Source: Leucoraja erinacea (taxonomy: Eukaryota). From it: 64,000 bases of DNA. The position numbers and the translations under genes were made by a program. Location of the stretch: positions 14,508,001 to 14,572,000 of the forward strand of contig NC_073405.1 of the NCBI RefSeq assembly GCF_028641065.1. Direction: 5' to 3'. The notes under the pieces were generated by a model, which did not search any database, was not told the DNA's origin, and was given only the letters and a program-made list of their open reading frames with translations. Positions 11,395 to 25,323 of the stretch are shown here, piece after piece; positions within the stretch are counted from its first letter, which is position 1; every line of letters begins with the position of its first letter.

Positions 11395-12599
11395 CTGCCA
11401 TTATGGACGGAGTGCAGGTTTTCTGTCACCTCGGCTACCCTTGGTCTTGCCACTTTAGAGGTGTTAACTTCATCTGTATCGTCTCCCACCCTGTCCCCTT
11501 GGACTCCAAGACTCCTTTGCACATCAAAGCTGTTAAAGGTCTTGGCATTAACTGTATACTTTCCCTTACATTCAACCTCACAAAGTGAAACATCTCACGC
11601 TTGGATTAAATTTAATCTGCCATTTCTCCACCCATTTCTGCGGCTGATCTATATTCCACTGTATCTTCTGACACCCTTTCTCATAGCCTGCAACGCCTCC
11701 AATATTGGAGTCATCAGCAAACATACTCACAAACACATCTAGGTCATTTATATATCTATATATATTATATGATAAACAGCAGAGTTTCCAGCTGAACTCT
11801 GGTCACAGACCTCCAGTCAGAATATCTTCCTTCCAATACAACCCACTATACTTTATGAATAAGTCAGTTCCGAATCCATTTGACCAAGTCACTGCGAATC
11901 CTATGCATCTTAATCTTCCTAATCAGCCGACCATGAAGGACATTATCGAAAGCCTTACGAAAATCCATGTATACGACATCCATCAAACTCCTTTGTCATC
12001 GCAAAAATCACGACACGGCCTGCAGCGTACAAATCCATGCTTGCTATCTCTAATTAGCCTATCCTCCAAATGGGAGTAAAACATATCTCGAAGAATTCTC
12101 TCCAATAGTTTTCCTGCCAGTGACTTGAGGCCCACTTGCCTATCGTTCCCTGGATTTGTTCTACTACCCTTCTTAAACAAAGGAACAATATTGGCTGCTC
12201 TCCAATTTCTCCAGGACCTTGCCTATGGCTAGAGAAGAAACTCTCTTGCCTCCCTCAATAACCTGGGATAGATCCCATCAGGCTCTGGGAACTTATACAC
12301 CTTAATGCACTCAAGAGCTCCTTCTCGATCTGCACCTGGATATTTGTATTCTCCACACTGACTTCACTGTCCGCCAAGTCCTTCTCCTCAGTGACTGCAG
12401 ATGTAAAGTATTCATTTAGCACCTCATCTACATCCTCCAACTCCAAACATAGATACCCTTCTTTACCCTTGAGCAGTCCTACATTTTCCCTGGCCATCCT
12501 CTTGTTTTTAACGTATTCATAAAAAGCCTTGGGAATATCCTTAATTAGACTCGCCAATGATATTCATGGCTCCTTTTTGCCCTTCAAATCGCCTTTATA
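11395..12599 (-). mobile_element. Old CR1 ORF2 remnant, interrupted by Rex1 and continuing at 13530-13980
   Basis: PKAFYEYVKNKR, EVLNEYFTSA, FKKGSRTNPGN..., KHGFV motifs. Confidence 0.8.
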
Positions 12600-13529
12600 T
12601 AATAATAATATAATAATAATAATATATTTTAATGTCATTGCACACAGGTGCAACGAGATTTGGTATGCAGCTTCCATCCGATAGTCATAACTTAAACAAC
12701 TAATAAAATTAATAAAATTTAGATACCCCGAGAAACATGATTTATAAAAAAAAGAACAGTAAAACATCTAAAGTGCAAACATGTCTGTGCCGGATCGATG
12801 TGCGTGAATAAAGTTCATGGGGGTGGGGGTGGGGGGAATTCAACAGGGCCGGTTCAGAGCAGCGATAGCTCTGGGAATGAAGCTGTTCCTGAATCTGGAG
12901 GTGCGGGCGTAGAAGGCCTTGTAACGTCTGCCAGAAGGTAGGAGTTCGAACAGACTATTACAAGGGTGTGAGGAGTCTGTGTGGATGTTGACGGCCTTCC
13001 TGAGGCAGAGTGTAGTAGATGCCCTCCAAGGCGGGCAGCTGTGTCCTAATAATCTTCTGTGCCCTGTGGATGACGCGCTGAAGAGCTCTCCTCTCCGCCT
13101 CCGTGCAGCTGAGATACCACAAATAGATGCCAGGTGTTAGTATGCTATCTGTGGTGCAGCGGTAGAAGGTTGTCAGCAGCTGTTGGGGCAGATCAGTCTT
13201 TTTCAATGTTCTCAGGAAGAACAGTCGTTGTTGTGCCTTCTTGACCAGCGCAGCGGTGTTGGTGGACCATGTGGGGTCCTCCGAAATATGTGTGCCCAGA
13301 AACCTAAAGCTGGACACTCTCTCCACACTGTCCCCGTTGATAGAGATTGGGGCCTGTTCCCCATTTTGTGTCCTCCTGAAGTCGATAATCAGCTCCTTGA
13401 TCTTGGAGGTGTTTAGGGACAAGTTGTTACTTGAGCACCAGTCCGCCAGGTTCTGCACCTCCGCTCTGTATTTTGTTTCATCACCGTTGGTGATCAGTCC
13501 GATCATCATTGTGTCATCTGCGAACTTAT
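12600..13529 (-). mobile_element. Rex1/Babar LINE, 5'-truncated, (TAT)n tail
   Basis: KFADDT...LNTSKIKELIIDFRR...FRFLGTHIS...KKAQQRLFFLRTLKK, with (aat)n at 12600-12622 on +. Confidence 0.88.
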
Positions 13530-13636
13530 ATTCTTCATAAGCCCCATCTGATGCCACCTTCTTAAACCTGATATGCTCTTCCATTTTCTTCCTGACCTAG
13601 TTAACAACCTCCTTGGTCATCCACAGTTCCCTTATA

Positions 13637-13870
13637 GGAACATAGAAACATAGAAATTAGGTGCAGGAGTAGGCCATTCAGCCCTTCGAGCCTGCACCAC
13701 CATTCAATATGATCATGGTTGATCATCCAACTCAGTATCCCGTACCTGCCTTCTCTCCATACCCTCTGATCCCCTTAGCCACAAGGGCCACATCTAACTC
13801 CCTCTTAAATATAGCCAATGAACTGGCCTCAACTACCCTCTGTGGCAGAGAGTTCCAGAGATTCACCACT
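13637..13870 (-). mobile_element. Young CR1 3' end inserted in older CR1
   Basis: Reverse complement of 3930-4160 including the (ACATAGAA)n tail. Confidence 0.9.
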
Positions 13871-13981
13871 ATCTTGCCTTCCTTATCCCTCCTCCTTACT
13901 AGAACATGTTGATCCTGCACTTTGATCAGATGGCCTTTAAACAACTCCCACATCTCGTCTGTGGACTTCCCTAATAACAAA

Positions 13982-14275
13982 GGTAGACAGAAATTCTGGA
14001 GAAACTCAGCGGGTGAGGCAGCATCTATGGAGAAAAGGAATAGGCGATGTTTCGGGTCGAGACCCTTCTTCAGACTGATGTCGGGGGTGGGGGAGGGGGA
14101 GTGGAAACAACAATAAACGCTCCCAATTTACACTCCCTAGCTCCTGCCTAATAACATTAGGCCCGGCCTGAAACGTGGCCTATTTCATTCGTTCCATAGA
14201 TGCTGCTGTACCCGCTGAGTTACTCCAGCATTTTTGTGTACCTTCGATTTTCCAGCATCTGCAGTTCCTTCTTAA
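13982..14275. mobile_element. Two separate Penelope-derived hammerhead-like module insertions (13982-14100 minus; 14160-14275 plus)
   Basis: Core CTGAAGAAGGGTCTCGACCCGAAACATC on minus at 14046-14073. The second module is flanked by aataacatt/aatgacatt. Confidence 0.7.
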
Positions 14276-14507
14276 AAATGACATTGAAATCTCCTTCCCC
14301 CCCCCCTAATTAGGTACCTTCCCTTAACATCCAGACTTATCCCTATTCAAAACCATCCTTCCTTTCCTCCATGGAAAATAGTCACACCCTACTCAGAATC
14401 GCCTCATAATTCAAGCCCCCTAGCTGTGAGAACATGCTTGTGCATCTTTTCTGCACTCTTTCTTGCTTAATCACCTTAGTGTGGTGATCAGAATTGTTAC
14501 CAATATT

Positions 14508-15450
14508 CAGATTCAGATTCAATTCAGATTCAATTTTAATTGTCATTGTCAGTGTACAGTACAGAGACAACGAAATGCATTTAGCATCTCCTTTGAAGAG
14601 CGACATAGCAAACGATGTTGAATTTAAACAAAATAACATAATAAGTGTCGGGGGGGGGGGGGGGTGATTGGCAGTCACCGAGGTACGTTGTTTTGTAGAG
14701 TGACAGCCGCCGGAAAGAAGCTGTTCCTCGACCTGCTGGTTCGGCAACGGAGAGACCTGTAGCGCCTCCCGGATGGTAGGAGGGTAAACAGTCCATGGTT
14801 GGGGTGAGAGCAGTCCTTGGCGATGCTGAGCGCCCTCCGCAGACAGCGCTTGCTTTGGACAGACTCAATGGAGGGGAGCGTGGAACCGGTGATGCGTTGG
14901 GCAATTTTCACCACCCTCTGCAATGCCTTCCGGACGGAGACAGAGCAGTTTCCATACCATACTGTGATGCAGTTGGTAAGGATGCTCTCGATGGTGCAGC
15001 GGTAGAAGTTCACCAGGATCTGAGGAGACAGATGGACCTTCTTCAGTCTTCTCAGGAAGAAGAGACGCTGATGAGCCTTCTTGATCAGAGTAGAGGTATT
15101 GTGGGTCCAAGAGAGGTCATCGGAGATGTTGACTCCCAGGAACCTGAAGCTAGAAACACGTTCCACCTCCGTCCCGTTAATGTGGATGGGGGTGTGCGTG
15201 CCGCCTCTGGACTTCCTGAAGTCTACAATGAGCTCCTTGGTCTTCTTGGAGTTAAGGGCCAGGTTGTTGTCAGCGCACCATGCTGCTAAGTGCTGGACTT
15301 CCTCCCTGTAGGCCAGCTCATCGTTGTTGCTGATGAGGTCAATCACCGTTGTATCATCTGCATACTTGATGATGGTGTTAGTACCATGTACAGGTGTGCA
15401 GTCATAGGTGAAGAGGGAGTAGAGGAGGGGGCTCAGCACACAGCCCTGAT
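14508..15450 (-). mobile_element. Young Rex1/Babar LINE, 5'-truncated, (GAATCT)n tail; open RT C-terminal ORF 14675-15439
   Basis: QGCVLSPLLYSLFTYDC, KYADDT, FRFLGVNISDDLSW, LLPSGRRYRS; tail attcagattcagattc on +. Confidence 0.92.
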
Positions 15451-15649
15451 TCCAGGAGCAGTGTCACCAATGCCCAGTGCAGCTGTAATATAACATCCCA
15501 ACTCTTGCACTGCGTACACGGCCAGATGAAGGCAAGCAGCCAAATGTCTTTATCAGCACTTAGTTTTTATTTGCAACTTTAATTAATAGGATTTGTTTAT
15601 TGATTTGTTGTTTATTGATTTGTTGTTGTCTGATGTACCGAGATACAGT

Positions 15650-15940
15650 GAGGGAATTGAGAAACAGAGGACATAGGTTCAAGGTGAGGGAGGAAAAAAA
15701 TCAATAGGAACCTGAGGGATAACTTTTTTACACACAGGGTGGTGGGTGTATGGAACGAGCTGCCGGTGGAGGTAGTTGAGGCAGGCATAATTGCAATGTT
15801 TATGAAGCAATTAGACAGGTATGTGGATAGGATAGGTTTAGAGGGATATGGGCCAAATGCAAGCAGGTGGGACCAGTGTAGATGGGACATGTTGGTTGGT
15901 GTGGGCAAGCTGGGCCTGTTTCTATGCTGTATGACTCTAT
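15650..15940 (+). mobile_element. CR1 3' end (older subfamily)
   Basis: FFTHRVVGVWNELPVEVVEA and a typical 3' UTR. Confidence 0.8.
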
Positions 15941-16439
15941 GGCGCCAACTACTGTAAGGTGGCTGTCACCCGTACAGTTGCTTAGTGCAACTTGTGTGGA
16001 CTACTTGATCTCACCCAGATTTCATTTTGGGGAACCACTTGGCTGATGATTATTGGAGCTGACCTTCCTCCATCAGACAGATCTAGGGTAGAGGGTGGAG
16101 GGCAGGTCTGCGCTGAAGCCACAAAGGATCTCAAGGGCAAGATCTCCATGGGATAGGTCCCCATTTCCTACCAGTCTGAAATCAGTGCACAAGAACAGGT
16201 TGATCGAGGGCCTAGATCACCCAGTTTGGGATCTGAGCTCTGAGGGTGAGGGAGAGATATTGCCCAAATCTATAACATCCCTAACTCCAATTTTTAATTA
16301 ATGATGCCTAATATTATAGAGCATTGCCTTAACAGGTCCCACTAAAGCAGAGGTTGAAAGTCAATGGCAAATGTTTGGAATAGTGCAGGGAATGAGAAAG
16401 TTTATCTAATTCCCCAAAAGAGGCAACAGGGCTCAGGAA

Positions 16440-17605
16440 AAAGATGCCACGGGGAAGGAGATGGAGTCAGATGGCTGAGGTATCAAGAACGGAAGATAGG
16501 ACAGATGAATGCATGGCTCAATTGGGACCAAAGGCGGGGTTTCATAATTTTGCACCATTAGGATGTCTTCTGTGGCAGAGGTGACCTGTACAAAAGGGAC
16601 AGGTTGCACCTGAACTGGAAGGAGACCAATATTCTTGCAGGGAAGTTCACTAGTGCTATGCGGGTATGGAGTAAGGGGACCAGAGTAGGTCAGCAAGAGG
16701 AAGGGCTGATGTGAAGGTAAAGGTTAGGACCAGTATGTCTCAAAGGAAGGACAGGCAAGTTATGAAATATGGTGAAACTGATGGGCTGAAGTGTGTTTAT
16801 TTCATTCAACACAAGGAGTATCATGAATAAAGCAGATGAATTTAGAGCCATTGATGATGTTGCCATTGCGAAGACTTGGTTGTGAAAGGGACATGATTGG
16901 CAGCTGAACGTTCTAAAGTTTTGATGTTTTAGATAGAGATGGAGATGGTGAATCTGTGGAATTCTTTGCCACAGAAGGCTGTGGAGGCTAAATCAGTGGA
17001 TACATTTAAGGCAGAGATGGATAGATTTCCTGATTAGTACAGGTGTCAGATGTTATGAGGAGAAAGCAGGAGAATGGGGTTAGGAGGGAGAGATGGATCA
17101 GTCATGATTGAATGGCAGAGTAGACTTGATGAGCAGAATGGCCTAATTCTACTCCTATCACATGATTTATAATCTTATGAGGTAGAAGATGTGTAGGAGT
17201 TGTTCCAACAAAGTCACAGCATCATTCAGAGAGGACGCACTAGAGAGGCAATATGGGTGGAGCTCAAAAATAAGAAAGGTGAAATGACTCTCGTGGGATT
17301 GTACCATAGGGCTCCCAATAGACAGCAGGAGATAGAGGAACAAATATGCATTCAGCTTATGGAAAAATGGAAAAGCTACAGAGTTGGCATAATGGGTGAC
17401 TGGCTTCCCTGATATTGACTGGGACTTGCTCAGTGTCAAAGACTTAGATGTGGCAGGGTTTGTTAGGTACATCCAAGAGGGCTTCCTAAAACGGTATGTG
17501 AACAGCCCAACTTGAGGAGGGAGTGTACTAGACATTGTTTTGGGAAACAAGGCAGGACTGATGAGTAGAGTTTCAGTGGAAGAGCATTTTGTGGGTAGCA
17601 ATCAA
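16440..17605 (+). mobile_element. Old CR1 with ORF1 esterase-like end and AP endonuclease remnant; CR1 3' end nested at ~16945-17165
   Basis: MNAWL...DLYKRDRLHLNWKETNILAG (SGNH-like) and EAIWVELKNKKG...GLYHRAPN, IMGD, VLDIVLGN. Confidence 0.7.
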
Positions 17606-17620
17606 ACTACATGTTTTAAG

Positions 17621-17744
17621 TGTTCAAGAAGGGACTGCAGATGCTGAAGGGTTGAAGAAGGGTTTCGGCCCGAAACGTTACCTATTTCTTCGCTCCATAG
17701 ATGCTGCTGCACCCGCTGAGTTTCTCCAGCATTTTTGTGTACCT
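17621..17744 (+). mobile_element. Solo hammerhead-like module with 13-bp TSD
   Basis: TACATGTTTTAAG at 17608-17620 and 17745-17757. Core TTGAAGAAGGGTTTCGGCCCGAAACGTT preceded by an inverted piece of the module tail. Confidence 0.8.
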
Positions 17745-18889
17745 TACATGTTTTAAGATTGTTTTTGAATAGGACCATGTGCAAAATATGCCATGTTTTG
17801 GCACCATTTTGTAAGTCAAAGCTGCACAAAGACCCATTCCAGCCATCATCCTCCATCTGGATCGCCAGTGTTCTGACATCCACTCTCGTCTGGCCTTCAG
17901 CCTTCGTGCCTCGGGTGCTTCTTAAGGTACAGTGTTTTGCATACTGTCTAGAGATCAGATATACCATACATAGATAAAAATGAGTTCAAACTCACACACA
18001 ATAGATAGAGCAAAGGGGAAGATGCAGAGTGCAGAATACAATTCTCTGCATTATTGTGTAATGTAGTGCACCAGTTCCTTAGACAAAGCCCAATGTCCTC
18101 ATTGGGGTAGAGGTGAATCAAACAGTACCCTTGTTTATGGAAGGCAGATATATTAGTGGTGTTTAAGATGCGCATGTTTAGAATGGCGCATGAATATTCA
18201 GGGAACATATGGATCATGTGCAGGCAGAAGGGATTATTTTAATTTGGCTCAGATATCATGGGCGATAGGGCCTGTTCCTGTATTGAATTTTTCGACATTC
18301 TGAGTTCTAAAAAATTATGAAATGCGGGAAACAGTCTGATCCTCATACATTTTTGCTCTTTGCACAGATGTTGGCTGGCTTGCTGGGCGTTTCAGCAATT
18401 TCTGATTCTGCTTTAGCACAATCGGCTGTTCCAATTGTTGGCACCAGGGGGTGGCATTGTGGTGTGTGAAGATGAGAACACGAGTTGGTTGGAAAGGGAA
18501 AAGTGAGGCAGGTGGGTGAGCCATTCAGTTTCTCCATCCTTTTCCAATTATGCTCATTGAGGTGGTGCTGATCGGTGAATAAAGCCCAAACCATGGAGAA
18601 AGTAATCTTGCCCTTTAGACTTGCTGTCCAAAAGAAATGTAATTTTCCTGTCTGCCTGCCAGTGGAATCACAGTAACTTAATTCAGACCCTGAATTTGAA
18701 TTGTAGAATCATACAAGCCTGTCAGTCCACTGAGTTGCTGCTGATACCATGTGTCCATCTGCACTCATTGTGCACTAACACCCCTCAACTCCCCCCCCAA
18801 ATCCTACCCCTCATCCACACAACTGGCATGATTTACAGTGATCAATTATCCCAGCAATCTGCACATCTTTGGGATGTGGGAGGAAACCA

Positions 18890-19110
18890 GAGCACAGTGA
18901 CACAGTTGGTAGAGCTGCTGCCTTACAGTGCCACAGACCCGGATTCGATCCTGACTCTGGGTGCTGTCTGTACGGAGTTTGCACGTTCTCCCTGTGACCA
19001 CGTGGGTTTTCTCCCACATCACAAAGACGTGTGGGTTTGCAGGTTAATTGATTCTGTAAATAGCCCCTAGTGTGTAGGATGAGGAAGTGGGATAACATAG
19101 AACTAGAACT
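18890..19110 (+). mobile_element. tRNA-derived V-SINE (HE1-like); inverted partial copy at ~18700-18890
   Basis: A-box-like cacagttggtagagc, B-box ggattcgatcc, V-domain ggagtttgcacgttctccctgtg...ctcccacatcacaaagac. Confidence 0.8.
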
Positions 19111-19559
19111 GAGTATCTAGTCCGGCATTTGACTTGTTATGGTATGGAGGGCTATGGGCCAAATGCTGGCGAGTAGGATTTATACAAAAAGGTACAATAG
19201 TTGGTTGGACATGATGGGATAAAGGCCTGGTTCCATGTGGTATTAATATTTGTCTCTACAACAAAAGGTGAAATGATGCAGGGATTTTAAAAACAAGGCA
19301 AGAAGTTAACAAACAAGGCGATCACAGGGTAATGGATCCAAGGTGTAAATTAAACTATGGACTACTCTGGATCTGCCCAGTGCCTCCATATAAACACACA
19401 TGACTATATCCATCTGAGACAAGGAGCCAGGAATCGCCAGCCAGATGAGCTGTATGAAACGTATGATAAAATCATAGGTTTGTAGAGTTGTCGATACAAC
19501 CAAGGCTGATATGCACCTTGTGGACAGTGATGTCCTAATGTTATCAACACTGAGCCAAA

Positions 19560-20100
19560 GAATCATACAACAAGGAAATGGGTCCTTCGGCCCAACTCGT
19601 CCATGGTACTTACCTGAGTTAGTCCCATTTGTCTCCGTTGCCTTTATATCTTTCCAAACTATTCCTACCCATGCCTTTTAAATAAAATTGTACCCAACTC
19701 AAACACTTTCTATACCAGCTTGTCCCACATAACTACCCCACACTGTGTGAAAAATGTGTCCCTCAGGTCCTCTTTAAATCTTTGCCCTCTCACCTTAATG
19801 CTATACCCTCTGGATTTTTTCTCTCCTACTGTGGGGAAAAAACTGTAGCTTTGCCTCTCATGATTTTTAAAACTTCTAGAAAGTTACCCCTCAACCACCT
19901 TTGCTCCAGGGAAAGCAATTCCACCCAACCCAATCTCTCCGTATAACTTGTGCCCTCCAATCCTTGTGATTTTTTGCTGCACCCCACATCCTTCCTATAG
20001 CATGATGACTAGAAATGCACACATTATTTCGTGCAGTCTCACCATCTTGTACTGCCGCAATAATGATGCCCCAGCTCTGGTGCTGAAACTTGGCCGACAA
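19560..20100 (-). mobile_element. Old CR1 3' fragment
   Basis: CR1 3' UTR and ORF2 C-terminal remnants on minus strand. Confidence 0.65.
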
Positions 20101-20770
20101 AGGCAAGTGTGCCACATACTTTCTTTACCACCCTGTCTCACCGCGTCACCACTTTTTGGTGGTTGAGATACTTTATGGGAAAACATCTGCTGATGTACAA
20201 CATCTCCAAAGAGTGGAATGCCAAGACCCTTTCCATGGATCCTGCCTCTATTGGGATTGGCAACCTTGCCCCCCATCATGAACCTTCGTTGGTGCCACAG
20301 CCGACATAGTACAAGCCCAGAACTCTGGCAATCTCCAGGCCAAGTATTGGACCTATATTTCTATCACTGTGGCCAGAACAGTGTTTTTTTTTTTTGTGTC
20401 TCTGGAAAGTAAGTTGATGATCAGTTTCTTTCAGATACTGTACATGTCCTCAACTGAAGGGGTTAACAGGAACCGTCTGACAATGCCTATCCTGGAACTG
20501 TGATTCATCTTCTATTTTTAATAATCCCCATGGTGACAGATTTGAAAGGAAGACTAACACAAAAATGTCAAATAAACAGTTCATAATGATTTCCAGCAAT
20601 ATTTGAGGACATTCCTAAAGCAGGAAACTACACTTGAGGAAGGATATTCCTGTCCGATGAAGCATCCTAATTTGAAAGTTTGGATTATTTAACATCAGAA
20701 AAGAAAGTCTCTGCTGTTAGAGAAACAATAAAAACAGAAGGAAGGCAAATGGCAAAAAGATTATGCCTTA

Positions 20771-21104
20771 TGGGCCAGTCCCACTTAGGCGATTTTTTAG
20801 GCAACTACAGGCGACTAGTTTGTCGCCACATGTTCGCTGGTGGTCGCCGAGAGTAGTCTCCTCAGTCACGCAAAAAGTCGTAGCGTCTTTCTGGTCGGTG
20901 CTAAATTTTCAACATGCTGGGAATTTTTTGGCGACAGTGGGTTTGATGCCAATGAGCGTAGCTTGACATCTCCTGACGCAGGTGCAGTCGTGGGTTGTTG
21001 CCAGGATGACATGGGTTGTCGCAGGTTTTTTGGCGACCTGCTACGACTATGACAGTCACTGGTAGTTGCCTAAAAAAAAAATATTGCCAAGTGGGGCAGG
21101 CCCA
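20771..21104. mobile_element. PIF/Harbinger-like MITE
   Basis: TIRs TGGGCCAGTCCCACTTAGGCG... / ...CAAGTGGGGCAGGCCCA with TTA at 20768-20770 and 21105-21107. Confidence 0.8.
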
Positions 21105-21324
21105 TTAGAAAAAGACAGGTACTGTTACAATTGTAAAGAGTACTGGCGAGGTGATACCTGGAGTAAGGTGCACCATTTTATATCCTTTATTTACAAAAAG
21201 ATATCTTGGCTTCAGAGGCAATTCACAGGGGATTCACCAGGCTAATTCCTGGATGAGAGGAATGTCCTAGCCTCCTGTATTCCAGAAAGAATTTTACAGG
21301 AATTCAAAGCTCAGCATGAAATAA

Positions 21325-21610
21325 GGGCAGCGCAGTTGGTGGAGCTGCCCGAGACCTGACCTCAAGTGCTGTCTGTGCAGAGTTTGCACTCATGGGTTTC
21401 CTCTGGGTGCTGCAGTTTCATCCCACATCACAAAGGTGTGCGGGTTTGAAGGTTAATTGCCCCTGGTATCTTAGGAGTGGATAAGAAAGCGGGATAACAA
21501 AGGACCAGTATGAACTATGGATGGCATGGAGTTGAGTCTGATCGATGGTCAGCATGGACTCAGTGGGCTGAAGGGCCTGCTGCCATGCTGTGTCTTTAAA
21601 ACTAAGAACT
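21325..21610 (+). mobile_element. V-SINE (HE1-like)
   Basis: Homologous to 18890-19110, with the gggctgaagggcctg 3' end. Confidence 0.7.
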
Positions 21611-22964
21611 AAATCTCTTGTCCAATTTCTTTATGCAAAACATAACTTTGCCCACTACAGTGGTGTATACCCCAATGGCACTCTTGATGAAGACTGAGAA
21701 TATGTTTTTGCCTTGTTTAACAGCAATTGTCCTTGTTGAACTGAAACAGAGGAGTTACAGAATCATTATATTGTTGATCAGTAAGAAACTCACAGCCACC
21801 TAGCCAACTGACACACTCAGGTCAGGTAGCATCCGCGGAAGCAAAGTTGTTGCCTGTTCATGTTCTTGACCCTTCATCAGAACTTTTGATTTTAATTAAT
21901 TGCTATTTAAACATGTGGCACACACGACACAATCCTCGCCCAAAGTGAAGACATGCCGTTAATGATCCATTAATCTTCACCCTCATCAGCTCCATGCTTC
22001 ATTTAGGGAAAGATACGTGTCATGGATCAAGAATCAAGTGTGTTTCATTGTCATATGTGCAGCCAACTAAACAATGAAATTCTTATATGCTGCAGCAGAA
22101 CAGACCTGTAAACAAAATACACATAGATGTTATATAATAAACAAAAATTCAACACATTAATATTTGTTTGGCCAGCTGTATTCTATCTATAGAAATCCAT
22201 TCCTTTTTCTTCTTCAGAGGTTGATGAGTTGACTCTGCATGAGCTGGGCAGCGAGATTGAACTCGCAACTTATATCAACTCTTCATGATCCCAGATCCAA
22301 TTGACTTGCTGAAGATGTATGAGTCTCAACAGGTCTTTCCTGCCACATCCTCTGCACCGATCAATTTGGAGACAGGATGAGTCTGTTTGAATGAAGCAAC
22401 ACACCATTCCTCTATCAGGATGTCTACCTGAACCCCGTGGAGCCGGTAAATGGGTGGGAGCCAAAGGCAGAAGTCACAAGCGTACATTGCTGGATAGAAC
22501 TGTTCTGAACACACAAAGTACACACAGCTCATTGCTCACTCTGCTTACAGTTCTCACGTGCAGATGCCAACTCTATGAATCACTGCACAGACTTCTCATT
22601 CTCAGTAGAACGCTACTTGCTCTGCACACAATCCCCGTACAGCTCAGCCTGCACACGATGCACACTCACACTCTGTTCATCTAGTTTCCTCACACTGCAC
22701 TACCAGTGCAAGCTGTGCACACACAGCTCACTCATATGTAGAGTGCCACACATTCCGCACACTGTTCTTAACCATGCTGCTCACATAAGTGTCACTCTGC
22801 ACCCATTGCTCACTTATATTCTACATACATTGCCCTTTGCCTCGAAGGTTCACTATCTGCATATACAGTTCATTCACACAATGCAAGTACAGGTCACTCT
22901 GCACACAACACACCCACACATGGTTTACTTTGCTGCCACATCTCCTGCGTGCACTGCTTTGTCA

Positions 22965-24226
22965 GCAGTAAAAGGATCGGTCTGAGTCAGCATGGATTTA
23001 CCAACAGGAAATCATCCTTGACTAATCTGGAATTTTTTGAGGATGTAACTAGGAAAATGGACAAGGGAGAGCCAGTGGATGTAGTGTACCTGGACTTTCA
23101 GAAAGCATTTGATAAGGTCCCAAATAGGAGATTAGTGGGCAAAATTATAGCACATGGTATTGGGGTTAGGGTACTGGCATGGATAGAAAATTAGTTGGCA
23201 GACAGGAAACAAAGCGTAGGGATTAACGGGTCCCCTTCAGAATGGCAGTGACTAGTGGAGTACCGCAAGGCTATTATATATTATTATATACATTAATGAT
23301 TTAGATGAAGGGATTAAAAGTAACATTAACAAATTTGCAGATAACACAAAGCTGGGTGGCAGTGTGAACTGTGAGGAGGATGCTATGAGGATGCAGGGCA
23401 ACTTGGACAGGTTGGGCGAGTGGGCAGATGCATGGCAGATGCAGTTTCATGTGGATAAATGTGAGGTTATCGACTTTGGTGGCAAAAACAGGAAGGTAGA
23501 TTATCTGAATGGTGTCAAGTTAGGAAAATGGGAAGTTTTGGGGGAGATCTGGGGGTCCTTGTTCATCAGTCACTGAAAGTAAGCATGCAGGTACAGCAGG
23601 CAGTGAAGAAAGCTAATGGCATGTTCGCCTTCATAACAAGAGGAGTTGAGTAGAGGAGCAAAGAGGTCCTTCTGCAGTTGTACAGGGCACCTAGTGAGAC
23701 CACGCCTGGAATATTGTGTGCAGTTTTTGTCTCCAAATTTGAGGAAGGACATTCTTGCTATTGAGGGAGTGCAGTGTAGGTTCACAAGGTTAATTCCCGA
23801 GATGGCGGGACTGTCATATGTTGATACAATGGAGCGAGTGGACTTGTATACTCTGGAATTTAGAAGGATGAGAGGATATCTTATTGAAACATATTATTAA
23901 GGGATTGGACAGGCTAGAGGCAGGAAACATGTTTCCGATGTTAGGGGCCACAGTTTAAGAATAAGGGGTAGGCCATTTAGAACGGAGGTGAGGAAAAACC
24001 TTTCCACCCAGAGAGTTGTGAATCTGTGGAATTCTCTGCCTCAGAAGGCAGTGGAGGCCAAATCTCTGGACGCTTTCAAGAGTTAGATGGAGCTCTTAAA
24101 GATAGCAGAGGATATGGCAAGAAGGCAGGAAAGGGGTACTGATTGTGGATGATCAGCCATGATCATAGTGAATGGCAGTGCTGGCTCAAATGGCCTACCC
24201 CTGCACCTATTGTCTGGTGTCTATTG
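22965..24226 (+). mobile_element. CR1 LINE, 5'-truncated, frameshifted
   Basis: SQHGFT..., VVYLDFQKAFDKVP, GVPQG, KFADNTKLGG, LEYCVQFLSP and 3' UTR. Interrupts a CA-rich low-complexity tract (22500-22960, 24230-24590). Confidence 0.92.
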
Positions 24227-24740
24227 CACTATTCCCAGACAACCTGCTTCATTCACACATACTTTGCACGCTACACAAATTGTCATTAACGCACAGTGCT
24301 CTTTCACACTACTGCTGCCACACACACACACACACACACACTCACTCATGCAATGTGCACACTGCTCACTCTGCACACTTCATTCATCGCTTTATTATAC
24401 AGAGCTGACTCAGGTTTTTCACATGCAACATTTATTAATTCACACTACACAGCCTACATTGCTCACTCTCACACTGCATACTCTTCGCTATTGCCACTCA
24501 TTTGCACTTTTCACAGTCCTCACTCGCAAACACTGCTCAAATGCACTTACACATAACATGTCCTGCTTTCATCACTCCACTCTCACTAGCAATGTTTGCA
24601 GCAGGAACTTAGACAGTATTCATATTTTGTTCCAAATGCTAATTTATTTATATATATATTTTTAAATAATGGCACACAAGCATTCATTTGTTTTCTTTCA
24701 AATGGTTGATTGATATCTATAGAAACAAAAAGCAAACATT

Positions 24741-24746
24741 TTTATT
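24741..24746 (-). promoter_or_regulatory. Candidate polyadenylation signal of the MISP-like gene
   Basis: AATAAA on minus ~580 nt after the stop codon, followed by U/GU-rich aatgtttgctttttgtttct. An alternative AATAAA lies at 24643-24648. Confidence 0.5.
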
Positions 24747-25323
24747 TATAGTTCTCTTCATGAAACTGAGCATTTCATGTAAATTTACCAATCTAAAGAA
24801 ACGCTGCTAAGAGGTCTGTGATGTAGAGGGAATCGGGGGGAAATCTGGCTGTGAATACTATAACCCATTGCCTTCATGGCAAACAAGTGGCAACTGTCTG
24901 ATAAGGCACTGTGGTTATTAAAGAAAGACACAATCATGGGTCTCAACATCGAGGTCGGAGACTGGATACTGGAAAAGGGTTTCTGTGACTCAGTTTGTGT
25001 TTAATGGAGAACATTGCATAATAGTATTATTTAGGTTGTGGCTGAGATAGTACATGTGTGAGATTGATGTAGCATTGAACTCACATAGAACGAAGTGAGG
25101 AGTTGGATGGGATTGCAAACTTGGGGCAAGAAGATTGGACCTCAAATTTGTGTCTTTGTTCTTGAAGTTTACTGGTCACTGTTTGAAAACAGGAGAGTCA
25201 CTCAGAGATGGAAATTTGTCCAGAGTGCTATAAAGAACTTAATTTCTGATCAATAGGCAGTGCTTTCCATAATTTCACTATCAATATGTATACAATTATA
25301 TATTGCTGGCAGCTGGGCTGGCT

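Noticed and set aside
18890-18960. tRNA-like A/B boxes
   Set aside because: SINE heads continuing into a V-domain; no full cloverleaf.
22500-24665. His/Thr/Cys-rich ORFs
   Set aside because: Products of CA-rich low-complexity sequence flanking a CR1.
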